Virus record (IMG/VR): IMGVR_UViG_3300020042_010940
Coordinates: 1 to 27,588 of that record
DNA: 27,588 bases
Source: a virus
Lineage: Duplodnaviria; Caudoviricetes
Strand: one strand, 5' to 3'
How positions within the stretch are numbered: position 1 is the first letter of the stretch; every line of letters begins with the position of its first letter. A program made the translations under genes and the position numbers. Of the stretch, positions 8,917-19,140 are shown in pieces. Under the pieces are notes generated by a model that saw nothing but the letters and a program-made list of their open reading frames with translations, made no database searches and had not been told where the DNA came from.

Positions 8917-9858
8917 CTATCCAAGAAAACCTACCTCACAGTGCTCAGTTGCTTTAAACTCACAGAACATACAGTTTGATTTGCTTGGTCTGTGTTCGTA
9001 CTGCTTATCAATATACTTGCCTTCACTATTGAAAGCATCCTGTATAAATGTAGAAAGTGCTGTGGTTGCTTGTCCCCTTTTCATCTTTCCTGAAGGTGGA
9101 ACAAACTCTTGAACCCTTCTCGCCATTGCTGGGTACTCTGGATCGGCTGGTACTTTTCTTTTTACAATAAAATACTTTACATCTACTTTATCTACGTCAA
9201 TGCTGAATTGCTTGGCTAAAAATTCTTTGTAAAGAAGTAGCTGTGCTAATTTTTTATCATCCTTCTTTGCCCAATCATTCCATCCTGAGGTGGATGTTTT
9301 GATGTCTAGGATGATGTATCTGTCTTCTTGTTGATCGTATAGTACGATGTCGATGAACCCTTTAAAGAAAACATTCTCACCTATACTGTGTAGTAGAGGA
9401 ATTTCTACTCCCACTAGCTTTGTATACTTGTTACTAAACCAACTAGCACGTTTCTGCTTAACATACTTGAGAATCTCGATACCATCTTGCAAAAACTCAG
9501 ATAACTGCTCAGAGGTGGAAAAATGTTCCCCATACTTTTCCTTCTCAGAAGCATAGATTGTTTGCATCTTAGATAGTAGATTGGCTTCAAGATCCATCTC
9601 CATAGCCTTCTTTATTGTCTCCTCATATAGAACTGTAAGCCATTCCTGTAGTACTTCATGGAATGCTGTACCAAATACTGTATGAATAGAAGGCTTGTAC
9701 TGCTGCAATCCTTTTACGTATTTGAGTGCCCATTGATGTGGACAGGTGTTGTAGGCTAGAGTCTGACTATACGATATAGATTTTTGTGTTGTATAATCTA
9801 TAACTGGGTTAGTAAAGTCTCTGATGATACTAACCTCTTTTAGGGTTTTATTTTTCAT
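8917..9858 (-). CDS. PD-(D/E)XK exonuclease, Cas4/AddB-like with putative Fe-S cysteines
   Basis: SYS...CP, FGTAFH, GFIDIV, ILDIKT, QLLLY and C-terminal CMFC-x7-C. Confidence 0.87.
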   Translation of the reverse strand: MKNKTLKEVSIIRDFTNPVIDYTTQKSISYSQTLAYNTCPHQWALKYVKGLQQYKPSIHTVFGTAFHEVLQEWLTVLYEETIKKAMEMDLEANLLSKMQTIYASEKEKYGEHFSTSEQLSEFLQDGIEILKYVKQKRASWFSNKYTKLVGVEIPLLHSIGENVFFKGFIDIVLYDQQEDRYIILDIKTSTSGWNDWAKKDDKKLAQLLLYKEFLAKQFSIDVDKVDVKYFIVKRKVPADPEYPAMARRVQEFVPPSGKMKRGQATTALSTFIQDAFNSEGKYIDKQYEHRPSKSNCMFCEFKATEHCEVGFLG

Positions 9859-10112
9859 TTACCCTTTAATGTTTTGATCTCTCTCTTTAAGTACCAAAGA
9901 GCTTTTTCTAATTCTTGAACTGTATCATCTTTCTTTCCTGCTCTAGAAATATACTTAATAGTATTTCCTAAACAGAAACCTAGGTTCCAATTCTCTATTA
10001 CTTTAATAGCTTCGTAGGGATTGTCTCTTCCTCCATAGTGTTGAGGATGGTTGACTAGTTCTTTCTTTGGATTGTGTCCATCGATAGTCACTGTAACTTC
10101 TCTTTGATTCAT
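9855..10112 (-). CDS. DUF3310-family protein
   Basis: VNHPQHY, GFCLGNTIKYISRAGKK, LEKALWYL. Confidence 0.85.
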   Translation of the reverse strand: MNQREVTVTIDGHNPKKELVNHPQHYGGRDNPYEAIKVIENWNLGFCLGNTIKYISRAGKKDDTVQELEKALWYLKREIKTLKGK

Positions 10113-10136
10113 AACTTTTACATTTTCGTATAACTA

Positions 10137-10166
10137 TAATATAAGAAAAAAGGCCTGCGAAAGCAA
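10137..10166 (-). promoter_or_regulatory. class 1 promoter fused to a terminator hairpin
   Basis: TTG ctttcgcaggccttttttct TATATTA. Confidence 0.7.
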
Positions 10167-10170
10167 GCCT
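10146..10170 (-). terminator. intrinsic terminator ending the lysis cassette
   Basis: AGGCUUGC-UUUC-GCAGGCCU followed by a U-tract, just past the stop at 10177. Confidence 0.8.
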
Positions 10171-10176
10171 GTAGTT

Positions 10177-10578
10177 CTATTTTATGAAAAGATATCCCGA
10201 GGTGATCGTCCCGAGAAACGTTCCTGCCTTCCATAGGAAAGATTTGAACCTTTGTCTCTTTATTTCTTTGGTTAGATCATCAGTCATGTGTTCGTACTGA
10301 CCGATTTGTAGATCTTTTTGACTAATGATGTACTGATTGTTTTTGTCTTTCTCTGTTAGTAGTCCAATGATAGTATCCTTTTGTACATCTCTTTCTTCTA
10401 GTTTAGATAATTTTTGTTGAGTTAGAGTAAGCTCTTGTGTACAACCATCATAGCTAATTAGATCCTTGATTACTAATCTAGCAGTATTACTTGGTAAGGG
10501 GATTCTGGTTGTATCTGTTTGAGAAAAACTGCTCAAGCTCAACATTAGAAAACTTATCAACAGTATTGATTTTGTCAT
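10177..10578 (-). CDS. exported coiled-coil protein, putative spanin-like partner
   Basis: signal peptide without lipobox Cys, coiled coil, hydrophobic C-terminus; 92-nt overlap with the upstream gene; last gene of the lysis cassette. Confidence 0.55.
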   Translation of the reverse strand: MTKSILLISFLMLSLSSFSQTDTTRIPLPSNTARLVIKDLISYDGCTQELTLTQQKLSKLEERDVQKDTIIGLLTEKDKNNQYIISQKDLQIGQYEHMTDDLTKEIKRQRFKSFLWKAGTFLGTITSGYLFIK

Positions 10579-10840
10579 TTGTTTGATTTTTTACGATTGT
10601 TATTGTGTTGTCTATGTGATGAATTTCTTTTGTAATAGAAATTACATTCTCTTTTACTGAATCGATCTTAGTATCGATTTGTTTGTTAACTACTTGTGCT
10701 GAGTCTACTTTAGTTTGTATGGATTCAATTTTATCTTGGTATCCTTTTACATCTGTTCTAACACTATTGGTAGTAATTATATTGTAGCCTACTAGTATAA
10801 GTACTACAATTAGTAATATGTTTTGTTTATTCTGTAACAT
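10487..10840 (-). CDS. putative inner-membrane spanin (Rz-like)
   Basis: single N-terminal TM plus coiled coil, directly after the holin. Confidence 0.55.
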   Translation of the reverse strand: MLQNKQNILLIVVLILVGYNIITTNSVRTDVKGYQDKIESIQTKVDSAQVVNKQIDTKIDSVKENVISITKEIHHIDNTITIVKNQTNDKINTVDKFSNVELEQFFSNRYNQNPLTK

Positions 10841-11252
10841 CTCTTTGTCCTTTATGATTATCTAGTTTATCTAGAATTTGTGTAGCTAATTCATTTTGTA
10901 TTATACCTACCATTGAAGCATTTTTTAGAATTGAAATTAACTGGAACACTAAGAAGGGAGCCATGATTGTCTCACTTAACCAAGATGTTCCAGTAAATCC
11001 TTTTTCTATTGATAAGATGGCTGCTAACATTACTGTCCAGAAACCAAATGTTTTTAGTACGCTAAGTGCCTTACAAGTTTGAAATCCCTCTCTCTTAACT
11101 CCTGCCCAGATACCAAAGAAGCCATCTGCGAAGACTACAAGCCCCACTGATAGAAATTGTTCGATGTTATCTGCTGTTAGGTGCATAAAATATGTACCTA
11201 TAAACGCTAAAGCTGTTGTCAATGATAATGTAATTAGTAATGGGATTTTCAT
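10827..11252 (-). CDS. phage holin (holin_4_1-like)
   Basis: 3-4 TM segments, DxxxGIWAG and ISILKNA, adjacent to the endolysin. Confidence 0.75.
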   Translation of the reverse strand: MKIPLLITLSLTTALAFIGTYFMHLTADNIEQFLSVGLVVFADGFFGIWAGVKREGFQTCKALSVLKTFGFWTVMLAAILSIEKGFTGTSWLSETIMAPFLVFQLISILKNASMVGIIQNELATQILDKLDNHKGQRDVTE

Positions 11253-11262
11253 CTTATATAGA

Positions 11263-11874
11263 CTATTTAACGTATTCGTAGTACTTTTTAGTTTTCTCTG
11301 AACGATCTGCTAACCCATGAGTACCTCCGTTAATCTTTTTTGTAAGAGATAATATAGCTGCATCATTAACTCCTTGGTCACATATGGACCACAATCTATT
11401 CTTATCAAAGAAAAACATTGCTGATTCAAAAGAGTACGTAGTTGCTACTAGGTCTGGATTGGTCATGATCTCTGGCTTTTTCAAATAGTCTGAAAATGCT
11501 TTGTAGTTTTCTTTTCCAGTTAATTGAAGAGCTCCTCTTCCACGGAATTTATATCCGTCTCCTGAAGCTTCTGCTCCATTACCCATTCTTCCTGCATATA
11601 CTCTATTGGCAATCTTTTCTGGATTTCTAGCGTAAGATTCTTCTAATGTACCAGGAAAGTATTTTCCGAATATACCTTGAAGACCTTCTGCTGAGTAGTT
11701 AAGATTTTCTGAGAATGCTTTGAATCCTCCTGACTCGTGTGCTGTTTGAGCAAAAAAATGTGCTGCTCTTACTGGAGTTAGTTTGTAAAACTCCATTGCT
11801 TTTTTCATTGTTCCTGGACCAAAAGCACCATCTGCTGTTACTCCAATTTTTTCTTGTAATACCTTTAAGCTCAT
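11263..11874 (-). CDS. GH19 endolysin with a short PG-binding N-terminus
   Basis: AHFFAQTAHESGGF, ENLNYS, FRGRGALQLTG, KKINGG; ADGAFGPGT motif. Confidence 0.92.
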   Translation of the reverse strand: MSLKVLQEKIGVTADGAFGPGTMKKAMEFYKLTPVRAAHFFAQTAHESGGFKAFSENLNYSAEGLQGIFGKYFPGTLEESYARNPEKIANRVYAGRMGNGAEASGDGYKFRGRGALQLTGKENYKAFSDYLKKPEIMTNPDLVATTYSFESAMFFFDKNRLWSICDQGVNDAAILSLTKKINGGTHGLADRSEKTKKYYEYVK

Positions 11875-11884
11875 AATCTAATTT

Positions 11885-12190
11885 TTATTCTTGTGTTACT
11901 TCTTCTTTTTTAGCTCCTGGTGCAAAGTTCTCCAATCCTGCAATACCAAATGATCCTAATGTAATGTACATGAATGCATTGAATACGTACTCGTTAAGTG
12001 GAAGTTCTTGTCCAAGATAACCTGTTACTAAATCTGTAATCATTACTACTGTCATTACTGCAAAGGATAAGAATCCTACTACTGTCTTCTCATTGTAAGG
12101 ACTTGTTTTTTTAAAAATTTCTTTGAATGCCATAATATTTTTTATAAGGTTGTTTAGCTTATAACCAATTACGGATAACGGATTTTTCAT
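11885..12190 (-). CDS. two-TM membrane protein, possible holin/antiholin
   Basis: two hydrophobic helices, first gene of the lysis cassette; alternative ATG at 12133. Confidence 0.55.
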   Translation of the reverse strand: MKNPLSVIGYKLNNLIKNIMAFKEIFKKTSPYNEKTVVGFLSFAVMTVVMITDLVTGYLGQELPLNEYVFNAFMYITLGSFGIAGLENFAPGAKKEEVTQE

Positions 12191-12210
12191 AATAACTATT
12201 TTACTTTTTA

Positions 12211-12218
12211 ATAAATAG
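12211..12218 (-). promoter_or_regulatory. class 2 motif CTATTTAT (putative late promoter of the lysis genes)
   Basis: immediately after a terminator and ~21 nt before ATG 12190. Confidence 0.5.
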
Positions 12219-12222
12219 GCAT

Positions 12223-12248
12223 AAAAAAAAGAGACACGAGGTCTCTTT
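12223..12248 (-). terminator. intrinsic terminator
   Basis: AAAGAGAC-CUCGU-GUCUCUUU running into a U8 tract. Confidence 0.8.
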
Positions 12249-12269
12249 GATATTTGATTAAAGTCTGTG

Positions 12270-12503
12270 CTATTCCTCAGAGTTCAACGATTTTAATTCC
12301 TTTGGAAGGAACTCTGTGTTGACATGACCGCATGCCTTACAAGCGAATACTGGTATGGGCATGTAGGTTGTCTGACCTGTTCCTGTAAGGATGCCGCTGG
12401 CTTTTCTGATGTGTAGGGCCTCTTCAAAGAAGGTCTTTCCACATTTTTCACATTCTACCGGTAGAGTTTGATCGATCGATAGATTCATTCTTGGTTGTTC
12501 CAT
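12270..12503 (-). CDS. Zn-ribbon protein
   Basis: CEKC...CKAC; likely start MEQPRM at 12503. Confidence 0.7.
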   Translation of the reverse strand: MEQPRMNLSIDQTLPVECEKCGKTFFEEALHIRKASGILTGTGQTTYMPIPVFACKACGHVNTEFLPKELKSLNSEE

Positions 12504-12513
12504 TGTTTTGTTT

Positions 12514-12756
12514 TTACATGTTGCATAATTCATCTACCTTTACTGCTTCGGCTGCTACTTGGAACACCGTTGTTGGAGATAGATTAGGAGCGTTTTGTGA
12601 AATATTAAGTAACTTTACAATTAGGTAGTCCGTCATGTTAGTGTTTTGACTTGCTTGTAGAATTTCTATAATGGTGGCCATACTCCTTTGTTGGGGAGTT
12701 TGTTCCCTAAAGTCTGGTCTCTCTCTTAATTCCTCGTACTTGGCTCTCGAGTTCAT
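12514..12756 (-). CDS. hypothetical protein
   Basis: tightly packed minus-strand ORF. Confidence 0.6.
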   Translation of the reverse strand: MNSRAKYEELRERPDFREQTPQQRSMATIIEILQASQNTNMTDYLIVKLLNISQNAPNLSPTTVFQVAAEAVKVDELCNM

Positions 12757-12757
12757 C

Positions 12758-13105
12758 TTACAACTGTGTTTTAGGTTTCTTAGGGTAGTACTTTCTTTTT
12801 TTCTTAGGTTTAGTTGAATTCTCTATTGGAACATAAAATTCATCTGTTCCTGTAGCTTTAATCACTAACTCCTCATCTATAGGTTTAGATGCACTGTAAG
12901 GGAGTTGTCCTAGGTCAATTGTTACATCCTCGGGAAGTATCTTGGCTTTCTTAACTATTTGGTCCAATACATCCTTAGTGATTGCTGCACTATTAGGAAG
13001 TTGTGTTAAGGTATCAATCTTTTTTTTGTTAAGTAGATAGGTTGCTATTGCTGCTGCTACTACAAAGGCTATACCTGAAATGATAATAATTTGTGTTAAA
13101 TCCAT
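12758..13105 (-). CDS. membrane-anchored hypothetical protein with a basic C-terminal tail
   Basis: N-terminal TM; tail KPKKKRKYYPKKPK. Confidence 0.65.
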   Translation of the reverse strand: MDLTQIIIISGIAFVVAAAIATYLLNKKKIDTLTQLPNSAAITKDVLDQIVKKAKILPEDVTIDLGQLPYSASKPIDEELVIKATGTDEFYVPIENSTKPKKKRKYYPKKPKTQL

Positions 13106-13135
13106 TGTTTTTATTTTTTAATTTGTTAAAAATCC

Positions 13136-13187
13136 GCGTGACACCTTCGGTGAGGAGACTTGCGCCACCTCACCTCTCGGTCACTGC
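13136..13187 (-). ncRNA. GC-rich long hairpin with a GCAA tetraloop (structured RNA or cis-element)
   Basis: GC A GUGACC GAGA GGUGAGG U GGC GCAA GUC U CCUCACC GAA GG U GUCAC GC folds into nested stems in an AT-rich intergenic region. Confidence 0.5.
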
Positions 13188-13190
13188 TTT

Positions 13191-13358
13191 TTATTTGCTC
13201 TCTGCTGTTGATGCTTTTCTGTAGTCTGTGATTAATTTCTTAACCTCTCCAATAGATTTTCTTGCTCCTGCTTGAGATTTCTTTGTAGTACCGTTGTGCT
13301 CTTTTACAAAACTTTGATACAATTCATCGATCTGCTCGAATAATTCTTGCTTGTTCAT
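13191..13358 (-). CDS. 55-aa histone H1-like (Hc1-type) protein (not in ORF track)
   Basis: MNKQELFEQIDELYQSFVKEHNGTTKKSQAGARKSIGEVKKLITDYRKASTAESK*; ARKS...K...YRK.S pattern of short Bacteroidota Hc1-like proteins. Confidence 0.75.
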   Translation of the reverse strand: MNKQELFEQIDELYQSFVKEHNGTTKKSQAGARKSIGEVKKLITDYRKASTAESK

Positions 13359-13380
13359 TTTTATTTGTTTTTAATTAATA

Positions 13381-15325
<1,945 letters not shown>

Positions 15326-15355
15326 AAACTGATTTTAATTTAAAACTTATTTTAA

Positions 15356-15385
15356 TAATATAACAATAAATAGTACGTGAGACAA
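15356..15385 (-). promoter_or_regulatory. class 1 promoter with a class 2 motif (CTATTTAT, 15366-15373) nested in its spacer
   Basis: TTG tctcacgtaCTATTTATtgt TATATTA upstream of groES. Confidence 0.7.
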
Positions 15386-15388
15386 CTT

Positions 15389-17722
15389 CTAATGCCCCTC
15401 AGCGAAGTTATTTGCTATTTGTGGTGGTGCTTTTAAGGTTACTCCTGGAAGTTGAGTTGTTAGTTCCATTAACTCTTTTACGTAAGGCATAAACATTTCT
15501 GCTTGATCTTCTCTTACGTTTATGATTAACTGGTCATGAATTTGAGCTTGTACTCTTGCATCTACTCCTAACTCTTTTGCCTTTCTGTTAATTTGAATTG
15601 CTGCTCTGTTTACAACCGCTGCTGCAAGTGATTGTAGTTGGAAATTTAAACAGTTGTTGATACCATTTCGGTAATCCATATACATTCTGTTGACTGGATC
15701 TTTTCCGTATCTAGTTTCTAACTCTTTTCTAAATCTCCAATCCAATACTTGGTCTCCAAACTTTTCAAAGATCTGTTTTACTTTTGGTAAGTGTCTAATC
15801 CTTCCTACTTTATTTGTAACAAATCCTTGAGTCTTTGCTTGGTTGCGTGAAGCAATCATCCACTCTCTTAGTTGTGGGAATCCACTTAAATATCCTTCGA
15901 CCAACTTGTCTCCTTCCTTAGAAGATATTCCCAATGTCATTGCTAATGCATATCCTGACATTCCGTATGCTACTCCTAGGGAATATGACTTTGCTTGTTG
16001 TCTCTTAACTGGATCTAGCTTCTTTAAGAAGATTGGTGACTTGGTGTCAGCTGATACTCCATTTGGATACTTTAATGTATCTTGATCTAATTTTTCTGTC
16101 TTAATTGCAATTGTAGAATAGAAATCCCAGTCATTGTTAAAAATGTCTTGTAGTCCTTTATCTCCTGATACACTAGCAAAACAGTGAGGTTCTAAGGAAG
16201 TGTAGTCATTGTCGATTAACTTTCTACCTTCTCCAGCAATTAAGAATTCTCTCACTACGTTTGTGTAGTGCACTAGTAGTGGAGACTCTTCTCCTTCTTC
16301 TTTAGGTTTAGGTAATTGTTGAGCATCTGAACCATAACGTCCTGATACTGTGCCATTTTGTTTATAGTAAAAGTAGTACCTTCCATCCTCTTGACCATCT
16401 AAGAACCTATCAATGTAAGTTGATTTGATCTTTACTAATTTGTTATATGTCCTGAGGTTGTTTGCCCATTCGTATGTCTTGGCAAGCTCCTCTAGCATAT
16501 CCATATCAAATTGGTCTTGACCTTTCTTTGTTTGAGTAAGAGGTTTGATTCCCATATACTTGAAAGCAATTTCACCTAAGTGTTTCTTAGATTGGATGTT
16601 CAAATATACTCCTTCGTTCTCTTGCTTCCACATCGACATAGAAATCCTAACAACTTCCATCTCATCTAACAACTTTAAGTCTCCAGTTAGTAGGAATTGT
16701 TTTATGTTACTATCTTCTAATTCGTCGATTGCTTTTTTTGTTAGAGAATACTTTTTAGTCTTCTCACTTCTTTCCAATGGAAGAGAGTGTAGCATGATTA
16801 AATTCTGAGCCCAGTTGCCTTTATGGGAAGGTGGATAAGTTGCTAGTGCTGTATCTACTACCCATTCTTTTGCTTCTGCAATGCTTAGGATACTGTCAAT
16901 CACAATCTTCTTGTTTGCTTCTAGGTCTCTAATAATATCTTCTCTAGTTTTTTCTAGTAGTGGAAGATCTAATGCTACTCCTAACTCTTCCATAGGAACA
17001 GTTACTTCTTTGTAAAGAGGCATCACCTCTTCTTCAAAGAAGAATTTTTCTAATTGCTCTGCCTTTAACACTTTTAGGAAGTGATTACAGACTCTAAGAG
17101 TTAAATCTGTATCGGCTGCTGCATACTTGGACAGGATATCCATGTCTGCTTTAAAAATCTCATAGAGTTCTTTTGTAGTTGATCCTCCGTTTGCTTTAAT
17201 CGATTCTTTTAATTCTACTTGTTCTTTGTTGGCTGCTTCTTGTACATCCAATCCTATTTCTTCATGGATAGAGATTGCTAAGGGTTTCAATCCAAATACA
17301 CCCATACCAGCTCCTTCTTCTTGTACTGTATGAACAAGTAAAGCTGTATCCACCCAAAGATCTTCTAGTAGAGATATTCCATAATGGTTCTTAGTAATTC
17401 GGCAGTCAAAAGAAGCATTATGCATCACTAGTTTCTTTCCCTTAAGCATCAGGATTAGCTTCTTAGCAATATCATGTGCTCCTTTTCCACCGATAATACA
17501 TTCCTCTAATTGTTGTGTTTGTTTATTCCATACCTGAGTAGGCATATAGAATCCTATTCCTACATCTCCTGATACAGACCATCCTACAATTTTATCTTTC
17601 CTTACATTTATCCCAGTAGTCTCAGTATCATAGGCTATAATGTCTGACTGATTGATGTGTTCGATAAGAAGGTTGACCATCTCAATACTGTCAACGTGGT
17701 AGTACTTTTTTTCTATTTGCAT
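15389..17722 (-). CDS. polA: family A DNA polymerase with 3'-5' exonuclease
   Basis: Exo DTETTG, HNASFD, YAAAD; motif A DYTSLE, motif B RQQAKSYSLGVAYG, motif C IHDQ; start moved to MQIEKK at 17722, downstream of the promoter. Confidence 0.95.
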   Translation of the reverse strand: MQIEKKYYHVDSIEMVNLLIEHINQSDIIAYDTETTGINVRKDKIVGWSVSGDVGIGFYMPTQVWNKQTQQLEECIIGGKGAHDIAKKLILMLKGKKLVMHNASFDCRITKNHYGISLLEDLWVDTALLVHTVQEEGAGMGVFGLKPLAISIHEEIGLDVQEAANKEQVELKESIKANGGSTTKELYEIFKADMDILSKYAAADTDLTLRVCNHFLKVLKAEQLEKFFFEEEVMPLYKEVTVPMEELGVALDLPLLEKTREDIIRDLEANKKIVIDSILSIAEAKEWVVDTALATYPPSHKGNWAQNLIMLHSLPLERSEKTKKYSLTKKAIDELEDSNIKQFLLTGDLKLLDEMEVVRISMSMWKQENEGVYLNIQSKKHLGEIAFKYMGIKPLTQTKKGQDQFDMDMLEELAKTYEWANNLRTYNKLVKIKSTYIDRFLDGQEDGRYYFYYKQNGTVSGRYGSDAQQLPKPKEEGEESPLLVHYTNVVREFLIAGEGRKLIDNDYTSLEPHCFASVSGDKGLQDIFNNDWDFYSTIAIKTEKLDQDTLKYPNGVSADTKSPIFLKKLDPVKRQQAKSYSLGVAYGMSGYALAMTLGISSKEGDKLVEGYLSGFPQLREWMIASRNQAKTQGFVTNKVGRIRHLPKVKQIFEKFGDQVLDWRFRKELETRYGKDPVNRMYMDYRNGINNCLNFQLQSLAAAVVNRAAIQINRKAKELGVDARVQAQIHDQLIINVREDQAEMFMPYVKELMELTTQLPGVTLKAPPQIANNFAEGH

Positions 17723-17742
17723 AACCTTTTTTATGTTTGTAT

Positions 17743-17772
17743 TAAGATACAAAAAGAGTTGCGATTAAACAA
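17743..17772 (-). promoter_or_regulatory. class 1 promoter of polA fused to a terminator hairpin
   Basis: TTG tttaatcgcaactctttttg TATCTTA. Confidence 0.7.
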
Positions 17773-17778
17773 CTCTTT
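17751..17778 (-). terminator. intrinsic terminator after the 436-aa ORF
   Basis: AAAGAGUUG-8 nt loop-CAACUCUUU then UU. Confidence 0.7.
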
Positions 17779-17809
17779 CTTTATTTATTTTTAGGAATAA
17801 TATAATTAA

Positions 17810-19120
17810 CTATCTCTTACGATACTTTTTTAACACTTCGTCTACTTTCTGCTGAAGCCTTCTAGGGTCCATATTAACTTGCTCGAAAACTAATAAATCT
17901 TTTTCAAGATCCTCAAACGAACTATATCCTGACAATACTGCAAAATGCCTGTCGGACTTTAGTTGTTGTAGGTTGAGCCTCTTAATAACTTTTAGTATGT
18001 CTGTTTTTAAATTCTTAAATACCTGATAGTTCTCTATCTTTTCTTTAATAATTCCTAGTTCTTCTAATAATGAGCTATAATCTCCTTGTATTGCTATTTG
18101 TAATTTTGGCTGAAGTATGTTGTCTAAGGCTGTAGTAAAGACTCTTTTATTACTTTCGTACCATCTATTTGCTTCTTCATCATTTCCTATTGACTTTTTT
18201 ACAGTATCTAGTTGATCAAAAAACATAGATACATTAACTGTGTTACTTTCTAAGTTACTAAAAATAGTATTAGCATGAAGCCCTAAACCTGCAACTTTCT
18301 TATCTTTAGCAAAATCTGTGAGTTCGTGATCGAGGTTAGCAGTTCGTGAATAGGTATCTCCCCCTTCTACTGTACTGTATCCCATTGCACTAATTGCATT
18401 ATCAACTTCTTGTTGCGAATTTCCCTTTAAAAAATAAATAGGATATTTTAAATGCTCACCGTTTAACTGTGTATTAAATTGTATAGACATTTGCTTTATT
18501 TTATTTTCTGCTTGAGGGGCGTATAAAACTACAGTATTTTTTGGAAGTATAATACTTTTTGACCACCAAGTATCAACAGCATATAAACTGGCTGGTTTAC
18601 CATTAAGAGTTATTATTTCTTTTCCAGGTATAAGATATACAAAATCCTTACCTGACCAATCTCCTCCGTTATTGCTTGCAACTATATGGTTTAGTGTAAA
18701 ATGCTTTGTCCACCTATTACCTTGATACTGGTTGTACTTCTTTTGGTAATCTTCCCAACTATCATACTTACCACTTGCTTCCCACCTCTTTTTTAAATCT
18801 GCTATATAATCCGCACTCCATCCCAAAGTTTTTAATGCCTTGGGAGTATGTAGCTTCATTAGTCCATCTTGTATTGTTGGGGACTCTCCTGATGCTCTAA
18901 TAACTACGATGTTGTCCCAAGAAAGTGTAGATACCCCATCTTGTTTAAACTTTTCCTTGTCCATTGGAACACCAACTTTTGGCACTTCAGAAGTACTGTC
19001 AATATATATGAAATTATTCTGAGATGTGGATTCTATGTCTGGTTGCTCTTCGGCGTACTCGTTGATGATTCCTGCAAGTTTTTGCATTCTTCTAAGCTGC
19101 TCAGATAGTGGTTGGTTCAT
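17810..19120 (-). CDS. 436-aa hypothetical protein, possibly virion-packaged
   Basis: own TATTTAT motif and terminator; N-terminal LSEQLRRMQKLAGIINE leader. Confidence 0.7.
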   Translation of the reverse strand: MNQPLSEQLRRMQKLAGIINEYAEEQPDIESTSQNNFIYIDSTSEVPKVGVPMDKEKFKQDGVSTLSWDNIVVIRASGESPTIQDGLMKLHTPKALKTLGWSADYIADLKKRWEASGKYDSWEDYQKKYNQYQGNRWTKHFTLNHIVASNNGGDWSGKDFVYLIPGKEIITLNGKPASLYAVDTWWSKSIILPKNTVVLYAPQAENKIKQMSIQFNTQLNGEHLKYPIYFLKGNSQQEVDNAISAMGYSTVEGGDTYSRTANLDHELTDFAKDKKVAGLGLHANTIFSNLESNTVNVSMFFDQLDTVKKSIGNDEEANRWYESNKRVFTTALDNILQPKLQIAIQGDYSSLLEELGIIKEKIENYQVFKNLKTDILKVIKRLNLQQLKSDRHFAVLSGYSSFEDLEKDLLVFEQVNMDPRRLQQKVDEVLKKYRKR

Positions 19121-19140
19121 TTTTATTTTAGTATTTCTAT

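Noticed and set aside
8917-9858. Cas4-like gene as part of a CRISPR-Cas system
   Set aside because: No repeat-spacer array or other cas genes in the window; solo PD-(D/E)XK nucleases are common in phages
13136-13187. tRNA or SRP RNA identity for the GC-rich hairpin
   Set aside because: No cloverleaf, T-loop or CCA; lacks the SRP domain IV GGAA loop and CAGG/AGCA internal loop
15389-17722. Intein or intron in polA, or an alternative genetic code
   Set aside because: Continuous ORF of normal size without splice motifs; TAA, TAG and TGA all end genes and coding density is high under the standard code
17798-17827. Extra TATATTA upstream of polA as a ninth class 1 promoter
   Set aside because: No TTG at the 20-nt spacing
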